Assembly (NCBI GenBank): GCA_964016885.1 | Contig: OZ024753.1 | Span: 12,276,001 to 12,340,000 of the forward strand | DNA from: Eledone cirrhosa | Taxonomy: Eukaryota | Reading direction: 5' to 3' | DNA length: 64,000 bases | Shown here: positions 1 to 12,564 of the stretch, in pieces | Layout of the letters: each line of letters starts with the position of its first letter | How positions within the stretch are numbered: position 1 is the first letter of the stretch | Notes under the pieces: model-generated | Seen by the model: the letters and a program-made list of their open reading frames with translations, nothing else | Databases searched by the model: none | Told to the model about the DNA's origin: nothing | Made by a program: the position numbers and the translations under genes

Positions 1-331
1 AGCGTCCTTCAGGTACTGCTCTTTTTTTGAAATATCTATGTCTATGAACTCCGTCTCCATGGCAACTGTCGCTGCATAATGTCTATTTCGTGTGTTTTCG
101 GTTTTTATTGTCACTTGTGCTGCTGTTGATTTTATTGTTTTTGTCATTTTGGTTGTTATTTTCCACTTGGTTTTTGTCGTCTTTGTGTTGTTGTTTTTTC
201 CGTCCTACAGTCTGTTGACACTGTTGTCATGGCGACACTGTTGACATGGCAGTAGAAGGTATAACGTCTTCTTTTACAGTTCCATTTCCAGAAGCATTTT
301 CTGTTTTTAAGTAAGGTATCGTTTGTTCCAT
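1..331 (-). pseudogene. Possible decayed N-terminal coding remnant (LINE ORF1-like), running off the window edge
   Basis: The minus strand reads MEQTIPYLKTENASGNG..., then an N/K/Q-rich stretch and HYAATVAMETEFIDIDISKKEQYLKDA, across frameshifts. YAA-V is reminiscent of LINE ORF1 N-termini. Weak inference. Confidence 0.25.
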
Positions 332-544
332 TTTGGTTAAATTTCACAAATGAGATTTCAATTTTCCAAAGGTTCAGAGCAAGTTTTCGCCCCTTAGAGC
401 TTGACACTTAGAGAAACCACCACCTGAAGTTTCAGGTGGTTGGTTTATCTTTCAAACAATGTAAAATAAAATTTACAAATATCAGAGTTTCTGGTAGAAA
501 ATTAAGCAAGAATTCACCAGCGAGCCGTCACACGTCTACCCATA

Positions 545-961
545 AAGATAGATATATAGATAGACAGACAGATAAGCATATAGTTAGGTAGGTAGGTAGG
601 TAGGTAGGTAGGTAGGTAGGTAGGTAGATAGATAGATAGTTAAGTAGATAAATAAATAGTTGGAAGGGTAGATTGTTTGATAAATAGATAAGCATATAGT
701 TGTCTAGCTAGATAGATAGACAGAGAAGGAGAGAGAGAGATAGAGAGAGAGAGGGGGAGCGAGAGAAAGAGAGATATGAATGCATAGTTAATTCGATATA
801 TCAATAGTTAGATAACATTCTAGAGTCGTATGTATAAATATGATCATGTTTTTTAAATAGCACCCAGACATCAAAGCACTCTGGACACACACACACTACA
901 TACATACATACATACATACATACATACATACATACATACATACATACATACATACATACAT

Positions 962-1033
<72 letters not shown>

Positions 1034-1045
1034 GAGTGTGTGTGT
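545..1045. repeat. Compound microsatellites (TAGA)n, (TAGG)n, (GA)n, (TACA)n, (TG)n, (TA)n
   Basis: Directly visible tandem units. Confidence 0.95.
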
Positions 1046-1465
1046 TTGTATATTTGTGTGTCTATGGCTGTTAGTGCAAGTGTTTGGGTATCATGTATAT
1101 CTCCATTTATCTCGAAAGCCTTTACATCAAAGGTGAAATCTTAATTGCCTGCCTTTGTGCTCTTTTGAAAAGAGAACGATTTAGTATACCATATAAATGT
1201 TAAATTCTTTGCTTTATCGAATGAAAATGAATATCCTGCAGACATATCTGTGTATTGTGTATAGCTAAATATACAGAATCTTTTGATGGATATTGTACTG
1301 AACAATTTTATGTTCAAATGAAGTATCTGCTGGGCATGGGTTAGACAGGAAGATTTGTTACATGTAGTGACGGATGGATGTATGACTGCATGTATCGAGA
1401 ACTGGTGGATGGATGCTTGAATAAGTTCAACAGTAACGATTGTCATTTGAATGGATGTTAGAATA

Positions 1466-1828
1466 AATGCACATGCATTGGAATATACACAAAATGGCGC
1501 TTACATAAACACAAACATGTAACATAGATGCACATGAATTTGGATAATGTACAAAATGGCGCTTACATAAACACAAACATGTCACATAGATGCACATGCG
1601 TTTGGATAATGTACAAAATGGCGCTTAAACAGACACAAACATGTAACATAGATGCACATGCGTTTGGATAATGTACAAAATGGCGCTTAAACAGACACAA
1701 ACATGTAAAATAGATGCACATGAGTTTGGATAATGTACAAAATGGCGCTTAAACAGACACTAACATGTAACATAGATGCACATGCGTTTGGGTAATGTAC
1801 AAAATGGCGCTTACACATACACAAACAT
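1466..1828 (+). repeat. 62-bp minisatellite, ~6 copies
   Basis: AAAATGGCGC recurs at 1491, 1553, 1615, 1677, 1739 and 1801. Confidence 0.95.
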
Positions 1829-2228
1829 CTATATGTGTGCGTATATGCACGCACACACATATAAATATATTTTCATTAATTTTGATACAAAATAAATGCA
1901 GTTTATTAAAGCTCAATACAAAATGTCAGTTGAATGTTATGTCTCATATAGAGAAGAAAAAGTGTATCCATAATTTTAATTACTGATGCATTTAATTGTG
2001 TCCGTCAGCGAGTAATAATCAATATTATGTTTAATATATAGAATAATCAGAAAAGTTTGTGTCTTCTTTAAAGAAGAGCGGTATTTCTCTATATATCTTC
2101 ACAGCATGTGGGTTTGACGGGCAGATCCAAGGAAAATAATCCTCGTAAACTTTCCACTCGTCCACAGGGAAATCAATAAACATTCTATAGAGATGGTTAA
2201 CAATACATGCATACATACATGCATACAT

Positions 2229-2230
<2 letters not shown>

Positions 2231-2298
<68 letters not shown>
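2231..2298. repeat. (CA)n microsatellite
   Basis: Direct. Confidence 0.95.
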
Positions 2299-2301
<3 letters not shown>

Positions 2302-2880
2302 TTTAGGTGAACGGACATAAAATCTAAGAAAAAACATACAGAATAGTTCAATTATTGGCGAAGCAACATGAGTATTTACACAGGAATTCCAATGTTTTCA
2401 ATCCTATATTTCATATATATTTTTATAGATACATGTTTACATGGATTGAAATAAGATATGATTTTTATGGTACTTAAAGAAAATTATTACATTTTCCTGT
2501 GATACCTTTTCTTGAGATTGTTCATGGATTCGTATTTTTGCTAAGGAGAAGTAAAAAACAACAACATTGTTGGATTAGAATTGTATGCATTATTATAGAT
2601 GCAAAACCTATTTCGAAACTCTGTATTTTGACATCATTTGACATCAGAACCAACCAGGCTATCTGTTTAATGTATGTATGTACATATTGATGTATGGATG
2701 GATGGCCCTCATAACTCGTGATAGAGTCGTTGGGGCGCAGTATTGACATACGGCGTTTTTGGGGGCATTCTAAGCCTGGTGGAACCAATCCCTCCCGAGG
2801 CCTGAGTAGAGCAGATTTCTTCCAGAGAAAGATAGAAATTGAGAGAGAGAGGAAATGAGAAAAATATATAGAGGAAGAAT

Positions 2881-3230
2881 CAACCCCAGTACTATACTGG
2901 TATTTTTTCTATCGACCTCCAAATGATGAAAGGAAAAGTTGAGCTCGGCGGGATTTGATCTCAGAGTGCAGTGTAGAGAGCCTGAACAAATACTATAAAA
3001 CATTGTGTCCGACATTTTAACGACTCTGCCAATTTGTCGCCTATGAATTGGCAGTATCGGTGGAGGGTTGGACGCTATGCTTTCCAGCATAGTTACGTCC
3101 CTTTACGGTCTGAGTTCAAATCCCGTCGAGGTTAGCTGTGCCGTTCATCCTTACGGAGTCGATAAAATAAAGTAGCAGTAATGAACTGGGAATTGTTGGC
3201 CTTGTTGCAAAACGTAGAAATGATTATTAT
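2881..3230. mobile_element. Head-to-head pair of tRNA-derived SINEs (family 1, MetaSINE-like core): 2881-3041 minus, 3045-3230 plus
   Basis: A-box-like TGGCAGTATCGGT, B-box GAGTTCAAATCCC, and central TTCATCCTTACGGRGTCGATAAAATAAAGTA resembling the MetaSINE/Sauria core. Confidence 0.85.
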
Positions 3231-3384
3231 AACGTACGTAAATAACTATGTGTTGTCAGCCATCATTTGATTAACGATATATAATTCACCTGTTATTGTA
3301 GTCGTTAAATCCTGTTGGTATTAGAAGAAACATTATCTCTTCGATCATTATTTAAATGTTATTTGCGGATCAGCTGAACAGTTC

Positions 3385-3915
3385 TGTTGAAGGAGTGGTG
3401 ATACAGCTTTGAAATATTGCATGTATTTATTTCAACTCTTCTTATTAATAATTGCATTGTTTCTTTCCAAGAACTACGTTGACAAATAAACCTCATTTGG
3501 TCATTCGATGAGAACATCTTTGCCAGCCTTTGAAGGTGTGATGTTAGAGCTGTGAAATCTTGCATGCATTAATTTCAACTTTTTTAAAATTAATAACAAT
3601 AACTGCATTGTTTCTTTCCAGGGACTACGTTGACAAATAAACCTCATTTGGTCATTCCTTGAGAGTATCTTGGTCAGCATATGAAGAAGTGATGCTAGAG
3701 CTGTGAAATCGTGCATGCATTAATTTCAACTCTTCTTATTAATAACTTCATTATTTCATTCCATGAGACATGAGAGTAGCTTGGTCAGCCTGTGAAAGAG
3801 TGATGCTAGTGCTGTGAAATCTTATTAATAACTGCATTGTTTCTTTCCAGAAACTATGTTGAAAAATAACCCTCATTTGGTCATTCCATGAGGGTAACTT
3901 GGTCAGCCCATGAAC
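3385..3915 (+). repeat. Diverged tandem copies (~110-175 bp unit, about 4) of mariner-derived sequence
   Basis: Unit TGATGCTAGAGCTGTGAAATCTTGCATGCATTAATTTCAAC...AAACCTCATTTGGTCATTCC. The same sequence follows the mariner-like end TACGAGGGTG at 7622. Confidence 0.7.
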
Positions 3916-4113
3916 CGTTCAGCCGACCCTCGTAAGTCACAGATAAATTTTATTATATGATTTAATTGTTTGTCTTGAACCTTCAATTTCAAAATCTATT
4001 ATAAAAACTGTCTCAGTTCTGTTGATTCATTTTTGTATTTACTGGCCTCTGTTTGGTCCCCGGTGAATTGTCAGCATCGGTATGGCGTCAGACACCATGC
4101 TTTACAGCATCGA

Positions 4114-4800
4114 GGAATGACCAAACGAGGTTTATCTTTCAACATAGTCCCTGAAAAGAAACAATGCAGTTATTGATAACATGAGTTGAAATCAATGCAT
4201 GCAAGATTTCACAGCTTTAGCACCACTATTTTGTAGTCATCCCTATGAACGTTTAACCATTTAGCATTTACATCACTCTATATATACTATTATATTTTCA
4301 CTGTAAGGGCTTTACCTCACAAAATTATCTCACATAATATTGAAATCTACGAGATTTTAATGTTATTTATTTTGAGAAAAGTACCTTAACATCAGTATGA
4401 GCTGCCGATTACGGCTGGTTTCAACAGGTTAACCCCTAGCATATAACCCGCCGTATCCGTCCAGAATTCTCTCACATCTTTCTGGTCAAACTGGCTGTAA
4501 TCGGCTGCTCATACTGATGTTAAGGTGTTGTTCTCCAAATAATCAATATCAACATCTTATAGATTAAATATTATATGGGATGAATATGTGAGGTAAAGCC
4601 CTTACAGTGAAAGTATAATAGTATATATATATATATAGTAATGTAAATGCTAAATGGTTAAACGTTCATAAGGATGACTAGGAAGGAGTGGTGCTAAAGC
4701 TGTGGAATCTTGCATGCATTGATTTCAACTCATGTTATCAATAACTGCATTGTTTCTTTTCGGGGACTATGTTGAAAGATAAACCTCATTTGGTCATTCC
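4114..4800. repeat. Long imperfect inverted repeat (arms ~4114-4427 and ~4482-4800) containing a piggyBac-like MITE (4429-4660)
   Basis: The arms are reverse complements by eye. MITE termini are TTAACCCCTAGCAT...ATGCTAAATGGTTAA. Confidence 0.85.
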
Positions 4801-5538
4801 ATGAGAGTATCTTGGTTAGCCTATGGACATTTCAACCTATTTCAGCTGTTCTTACTAATAACTACATTGTTTCTTTATGTAATATAAATGCTCAAGTGTT
4901 AAGCGTATCGTTGTTTGTACCAGTCAATTAATTGGCTTTCACTGGTCAGCAGGAAGGTGAACTCAACTCACTGCTGTCTTATGCGTATCATATTGTATAC
5001 TTCAATTGCAACGTATACGTAATCTTATCCTGGTTAAAATCACATATTTGACGTAATGATGCTTTATGAAATTTCGTCTGTCTGAAACTTCAATCTGTGT
5101 TATTTCATATAAATTTAATACAATGTATCAGTATGAGGTTGGATATAAACGAATAATATTGCAAAGATAAAACAAAATATTTGATAAATAGGGTTATAAA
5201 ACATGAATTATAATCGCTAAATTCTGAATAGTTTTGCTTTTCAATATTATTTACGTTCAGTTTTACTTCTAAAGCATATTTACACAATAGACATGTTTTC
5301 ACCACGAGGCTGCTTCGTCTACAAATTTATAGTCGTTAAATAAACGTTAGCAAGTATGTTATATTTCAATAGTGAATGTCATAGCTTTTATACTAACCAT
5401 ATATATATATGTATGTATATATATAAAATTATATTGTTGCATGCGTCCGTAGGCGCTATGCCGGTGAATAGTCGATTCTCGGGCAGAGCAGAGTATAATA
5501 CTATCAGGATAACGAACCGTAGACGAACTCATATACTA

Positions 5539-5632
5539 AGCATATCTGACGACCTTTCGATTACAGAGTCAGTTTCGATGAATAATAGATCTTGCCTCGA
5601 GCTGATCGACAGAGAAACATATGTAATATGTT
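5539..5632 (+). ncRNA. Type I hammerhead ribozyme motif (Penelope-type, palindromic stem III)
   Basis: Stem I AGCATAT/ATATGTT, CTGACGA at 5546-5552, long stem II, GAAA at 5614-5617, palindromic ACATATGT, GUA cleavage triplet ending at 5625. Confidence 0.75.
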
Positions 5633-5686
5633 ATTAAATATGATATGATGCACCACTGAATCCTCGTTCCCTATCCTTATAGTATG

Positions 5687-5730
<44 letters not shown>

Positions 5731-5733
<3 letters not shown>

Positions 5734-5800
5734 TGTTTTTATTGGCAGCATGACCCTCCCAAAGAATAAGAAATCTTGCAAAACAAATTCAAATACGAAG

Positions 5801-5802
<2 letters not shown>
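5731..5802 (+). mobile_element. Microsatellite-embedded repeat family B fragment (probable Penelope-like terminus)
   Basis: GTGTTT(C)TTATTGGCARCATGACCCTCCCAAA is shared with 36997-37100 and 62628-62735. Confidence 0.6.
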
Positions 5803-5834
<32 letters not shown>

Positions 5835-5836
<2 letters not shown>

Positions 5837-5923
5837 GTGTCCCCCCCAAAAAAAATGTATACACACCTTCATTATCTGTACAGGCAATATTTATTAGAAT
5901 ATATACATATTTGGGAGACCATG
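5835..5923. mobile_element. Small Tc1/mariner-type MITE
   Basis: Degenerate CAGGGTGTCCCC-type inverted ends. A second copy in opposite orientation lies at 7720-7828. Confidence 0.6.
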
Positions 5924-6000
5924 TACTTGTACGTATATATATACATGTATACACACATATATATATATATCATATATATATATATATATATATTATATAT

Positions 6001-6128
6001 AACGAAGGAAGTGTGGTAAGGAACCAGATGGACCATAACGCACCAGAGTACTCAATACTAAGAGTAGTAGTGTGGGTAAAAGGAAAAAGTTCAACCCCGA
6101 CGGCAGAGCTCAACCCGTTTCGACAGCC
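6001..6128 (+). mobile_element. Microsatellite-embedded repeat family A (probable Penelope-like terminus with a hammerhead 3' half)
   Basis: AACGAAGGAAGTGTGGTAAGGAACCAGATGGACCATAACGCACC starts directly after (TA)n. Homologues at 8196, 30951 and 52980 (minus). Confidence 0.7.
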
Positions 6129-6301
6129 ATTTCGTTTTTTCATTCTACATTTTTCTTCTACGGGTTTTTCTTCTACATTTCTTCTCTATGGATTCTGTCT
6201 ATAAACTTCTATTGATTTTCAACAGACATACGGCCTCCTTTGCGGACAAACCGTGTGGTCAGTGATGTAAGTCATGTTATATATAAATAATTATTACCAC
6301 G

Positions 6302-7303
6302 ATAGCCACAAGAGACAAGCTATTGACCACCAGCTAACTAGAGACAACATAGTACAGCTATTGACCACCAGCTAACTATAGCCACTATATACAAGCTATT
6401 GACCAGAAGCTAACTATACCCACTATAGAACAGCTGTTGACCACCAGCTAACTAGAGACACTATAGAACAGCTATTGACCACCAGCTAACTAGAGACAAT
6501 ATAGAACAGCTATTGACCACCAGCTAACTAGAGAAATATAGAACAGCTATTGACCACCAGCTAACTAGATAAATATAGAACAGCTATTGACCACCAGCTA
6601 ACTAGAGACAATATAGAACAGCTGTTGACCACCAGCTAACTATAGCCACTATAGAACAGATGTTGACCACCAGCTAACTATATCTACTACAGAACAGCTG
6701 TTGATCACCAGCTAACTAGAGGCAATATAGAACAGCTATTGACCACCAGCTAACTATATCCACTATAGACAAGCTATTGACCCCCATCTAACTATAGCCA
6801 CTATATAAAGCTATTGACCACCAGCTAACTTGAGACAATATAGAACAGCTATTGACCACCAGTTAACTTGAGACAATATAGAACAGCTATTGACCACCAG
6901 TTAACTTGAGACAATATAGAACAGCTATTGACCACCAGTTAACTTGAGACAATATAGAACAGCTATTGACCACCAGCTAACTATAGCCACTATAGACAAG
7001 CTATTGACCACCAGCTAACTAGAGGCAATATAGAACAGCTGTTGACCACCAGTTAACTTGAGACAATATAGAACAGCTATTGACCAGCAGCTAACTATAG
7101 CCACTATAGACAAGCTATTGACCACCAGTTAACTAGAGGCAATATAGAACAGCTATTGACCACCAGTTAACTTGAGACAATATAGAACAGCTATTGACTA
7201 GCAGCTAACTATAGCCACTATAGACAAGCTATTGACCACCAGTTAACTAGAGGCAATATAGAACAGCTGTTGACCACCAGCTAACTATATCTACTACAGA
7301 ACA
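6302..7303 (+). repeat. 38-bp minisatellite, ~26 copies
   Basis: Unit TAGAACAGCTATTGACCACCAGCTAACTAGAGACAATA with recurring variants. Confidence 0.97.
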
Positions 7304-7459
7304 CCTATGCAACTTATTCACCAACCACACCACGATATTTCAATTTTACAGTTTATCTCGAGTTACACAGTCTAAAGAAACATTTGCTCTCTCCACGAAC
7401 TTAAAAAACAAAAACAAATTTCACAAACACTGAGACGTGAACACTGAATTCTGACAGAC

Positions 7460-7551
7460 GTGTGTGTGGTTTACACATCTTGTGTGTGTGGTTTACACAT
7501 CTTGTGTGTGTGTGGTTTACACATCTTATGCATGTGGTTTACACATCTTGT
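7460..7551 (+). repeat. ~22-bp tandem repeat GTGTGTGGTTTACACATCTT x4
   Basis: Direct. Confidence 0.9.
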
Positions 7552-7621
7552 CTTCTGCCCCATCTCTTTCTTCTTCATCCATTTATTCCTGGGTCGTGTT
7601 AGAAACACCTGTGTCAACATA

Positions 7622-7712
7622 TACGAGGGTGAGCTGAAACGTTTATAGGCTGACTATGAAGGAGTGATGCTAGAGCTGTGAAATATTGCATGCATCAATT
7701 TCAACTCATGCC
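7622..7712 (+). mobile_element. Mariner-like transposon end fragment
   Basis: TA followed by CGAGGGTGAGCTGAAA, resembling mariner TIR starts. Confidence 0.6.
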
Positions 7713-7719
7713 ATATATA

Positions 7720-7828
7720 CACGGTATCGCCCCCCCCCCCCTAAAAAAAATTCACGAAGGCTGTGCATTCTAATAAATACAGGCTGTACAGGTAATCAAA
7801 GTAGGTATATATTTTTGGGGGCACCCTG
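7720..7828. mobile_element. Small Tc1/mariner-type MITE
   Basis: Ends ...TTTTTGGGGGCACCCTG|TA and the interior is the reverse complement of 5835-5923. Confidence 0.6.
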
Positions 7829-7895
7829 TATATATATACATATATATATTATGGAATACTGTTGGCTTCTTGCTACAATAATTTCTATACTTTTC

Positions 7896-7948
<53 letters not shown>

Positions 7949-7994
7949 CAATCAACAACATCCCAGATCTCATACACTTAACGAGTGGGATGGT

Positions 7995-8177
7995 ACTCGT
8001 TAAATCGGACGGAGGAGACTTTTTCCATCGGTCTTTCCAATTGCTTGTACTGTCTACCGGTCGCAAATCCAGACATAATGAGTAACGTAACGTGTTTTGC
8101 TCAAGGACATAACGCATTGCCCGGTCCGAGAATCGAGCTTGCGAATCCAATTTTGTAACCACTCAGCCACACACCTT
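7995..8177 (-). mobile_element. tRNA-derived SINE, family 2 (CORE-like), partial
   Basis: The minus strand has GTGTGGCTGAGTGGTT and TTATGTCCTTGAGCAAAACAC. Homologous to 63412-63629. Confidence 0.75.
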
Positions 8178-8195
8178 ATATATATATATATATAT

Positions 8196-8280
8196 AACGA
8201 AGTTAGTGTAGTAAGGATTCAGATGGACCATAACGCACCAGAGTACTCAATACTTTGGGTGGTAGAGTGGGTAATAGGAA
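8196..8280 (+). mobile_element. Repeat family A, truncated copy inside (TA)n
   Basis: Same leader as 6001, ending at GTAATAGGAA. Confidence 0.7.
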
Positions 8281-8309
8281 TATATATATATATATATATA
8301 CACATATAC

Positions 8310-8350
<41 letters not shown>

Positions 8351-8358
8351 TATACTTG

Positions 8359-8393
<35 letters not shown>

Positions 8394-8484
8394 GCATAGG
8401 TTTAAGGTTCGCTTCTGGGTTAGTTGTGTTCAGGGTTAATGCAATATTTGTGCTGTGGTTATGTATAGCGTTATTGTTAGCATT

Positions 8485-8657
8485 ATTGGCAGTATCGGTA
8501 GAGGGTCGGACGCCATGCTTTCCAGCATAGTTACGTCCCTTTACGATCTGAGTTCAAATCCCGCCGAGGTTGACTTTGCCTTTCATCCTTACGGGGTCGA
8601 TACAATAAAGTACCAGTAATGCACTGGTTAATTGCTGGCCTTGTAGAAACAATTATT
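8485..8657 (+). mobile_element. SINE family 1
   Basis: A/B boxes plus core. Confidence 0.9.
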
Positions 8658-8964
8658 GTTACACTTAGTGCTAGTTGTAGGGTTTTTATGATTGCTAATC
8701 TAATATCACAAATTCTTGGATGATCGTTCGTTGTAGTTTCTAATATCATTTCCTTATAGTTTAAAATATTACTCCTGGACATTTCCAATATTTGACAGTT
8801 TGTTCTGCCTCTGGTCACTCAGATTTCTATACGTAACGAGAACGATCCCCGTTCTCTTTGTTTAACCTCTGAGAAACCCATAACATCTAATTTCTGAACT
8901 TTCCTTGAGAAAGAAAATAAGTTAAAATATAATTAAAAAAAAAAAAATTAGAATATGGTATTGA

Positions 8965-9145
8965 AGCCTTTAGCATTTAAACCGGCGGTAATTGGCCACT
9001 CATATAGACGTTAATGTATTGTTTTCAAAATAAATATCATCAAAATATCGTAGAATCGATATTATGTGAGATAATTATGTAAGATAAAGAATTTACCACA
9101 AAAATACAATTATATATATAGAGTAATATAAATGGTAAAGGGTTA
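8965..9145 (+). mobile_element. piggyBac-like MITE
   Basis: CCTTTAGCATTTA...TAAATGGTAAAGGG|TTAA ends. Related to 4429-4660. Confidence 0.65.
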
Positions 9146-9389
9146 ATGTTCGTCAAAGCCAGCTGGCGTGCAAATTAGGATAATTACCCGATGTCTACTT
9201 TCGATAATACTAAATATTCTCAAGCGTTGTACTGAGTGACAGAAGAGAGACACACAATATTGACAAAGGTCAATAACACAGAAACAATATTATTGTGGAT
9301 TGTTTCACTGTCACCGCTAGAACAACTGGATGGCGATAGTCATCTAAAAAAACATAGCGTAATCAGTCTGTTTGCTTGGAAAACAAATC

Positions 9390-10270
9390 GAATTGGCAGT
9401 ATCGGTTGAGAGTCGGACGCCATGCTTTGCAGCATAATTACGTCCCTTTATGGTCTGAGTTCAAATCCCGCCGAGGTTAACTTTGTCTTTCATACTTACT
9501 AGGTCGATAAAATAAAGTACCAGTAATGTACTGTTTAATTGCTGGCCTTGTGCCAACAGTAGAAACAATTATTATTGGAAGGGCGTTGGAATGGCAGTAT
9601 CGGTAGAGGGTCGGGCGCCATGCTTATCAGTATAGAGCTATATCCCTTTACGGTCTAAGTTCAAATCTCTCCGAGGTTAACTTTGCTTTTCATCCTTACG
9701 GGGTCGATAAAATAAAGTACCAGTAATACACTGGCCTTGTGACTATAGTAGAAAAAAATATTATTGGTGAATTGGTAGTATCGGTAAGGCGTAGAACACC
9801 ATCATTCGTGGCATAGAGTTACGGCCGTTTACGTTCATATTTCAAATCCTTCCGAGGTAAGCTTTGCCATTCATCATTACGGGTCGATAAAGTACCAGCA
9901 ATACACTGAGTTCGATTTAATCGACATTACCCTCTCCTTCAAATTGCTGGCCTTGTGCCTATAGTAGAAATATTATTATTACTATACGATGGCGGTGATT
10001 TGGCAGTATTGGTAGAGGGTCGGACACCATGCCTTGACGCATAGAGTTACGGCCCTTGCCATTCTGAGTTCAAATCCCGCCGAGGTTAACTTTGCCTTTC
10101 ATCCTTACGGGGTCGATAAAATAAAGTACCAGTAATACACTGGGTAATTGCTGGCCTTGGACCAAAACTAGAAACAATTATTATTACTATACGATATAAA
10201 AGGCGGAGGGATTTGCAGTATCGGTAGAGGGTCGGACACCTGCATTGCAGCACAGAGTTACGGATCTCTT
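9390..10270 (+). mobile_element. Head-to-tail array of 5 SINE family 1 copies (last truncated)
   Basis: Starts near 9391, 9591, 9770, 9990 and 10201. Confidence 0.9.
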
Positions 10271-10289
10271 TCAAACTTTACATGTGTAT

Positions 10290-10805
10290 TACTCGTGTTT
10301 CAGGGAGTGTTATACACATATTTTAACTTTTTGATCCCCTAGAGCCCGCATTAGGTGAAAAACTGCGTGTTCTCGGCTTACCAGTATTTTTTCGAGGCGT
10401 TACGTCAGACTGATTTCCTTGAAATTGTAACTATGTATTCGTCAGTCTCTTCTTCATACCGTGAGCAAAGAAAATCCAACTTTTTTATGACCTAGGTAAA
10501 AACCTCATTTTTTCAGCTTTTTAGGGTTGTTTGTTAAATTTAGCTGATTTTTCCCGAAATTTCAAGGCATAAAATGCACATTAAAAAAATGCATTTTCTT
10601 GATCCCCTAGGGCCTGCATTAGGTGAACACCTGCATTTTTCCTGCTTTATCGAGGAAAATCTTAAAGATCATCTACCCATCAGAGTATTCGGTTTAGTTT
10701 CTGTACATATTGTCCAGGCATTCAGTTTTTCCACGATTAGGTCTGTTGGCGCTCCACGTTCCAATAAATACCTTATCCCGTGCAACGCCGGGTACCACTG
10801 CTAAT
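10290..10805 (+). mobile_element. Non-autonomous Helitron-like remnant
   Basis: 3' hairpin CCCGTGCAACGCCGGG followed by CTAAT (degenerate CTAG-T). Internal repeat TTGATCCCCTAG..GCATTAGGTGAA at 10331 and 10599. Confidence 0.55.
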
Positions 10806-11181
10806 TTGATATAAAACTCATGAAAACAGTTTAAGTACGATTTTCTACAATTTGTTCAATTGAATTGAAATAATTCCCCCGCATTCATTTTCTGCTTAGT
10901 TCATATTTAATACGCACGAATTAGCTTGATATCATTTACAGGATTCACTTAGGGGATGTAGTATCCACTTATGGGACGTAGTAATCTGTAGCAAAGGGAA
11001 TTAGACACAAAATATCTTTGAATAATTGTCGGAAATAAATTCTCTACATGAAAGATAAGCTTTGAAGAAAAAGCCAATATTCGTTTATGAAACCAAATAT
11101 GGCTTGAAAACAACAACACATATCAACAAAAAAAAACAACAACAAAACAATATAAATATATATATGTATATAATGTGCGTA

Positions 11182-12292
<1,111 letters not shown>

Positions 12293-12564
12293 TATTTTTC
12301 ACTAAATTTGAATAAATTACTGAAAAATGGAAATTTTCCAAACGTTTTAACCGAAATTCTAACAATGATATCAAAGAAAGTCGTCGAAGAATAGATTGTA
12401 AGGCAATAAAATTGCAGCCTTGGAGAGATCTGGCAATCTCATTCCCTTATGTCTGCAGGTTTATATTCTGTCAAATGCATACAAAAGAATTGATAACAAT
12501 TCCAAAGATAACAATGAACATATTAATACTAATATGATACTAATAACAGTAATATAATTACTGA

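Larger units (their letters stand above)
1063..2662 (-). pseudogene. Candidate decayed multi-exon gene (putative exons 2506-2662 or 2506-2540, ~1950-2184, ~1063-1247)
   Basis: Donor AAG|GTATC at 2506 is phase-compatible with acceptor ctctatag|A at 2184, giving ...MNNLKKRMFIDFPVDEWKVYEDYFPWICP.... A further acceptor cacag|AT lies at 1247. Translations are complex and protein-like but contain in-frame stops. Confidence 0.3.

Noticed and set aside
6302-7303. CRISPR array
   Set aside because: The variable parts are ~10 nt and recur, there are no unique spacers and no cas genes, and the context is eukaryotic
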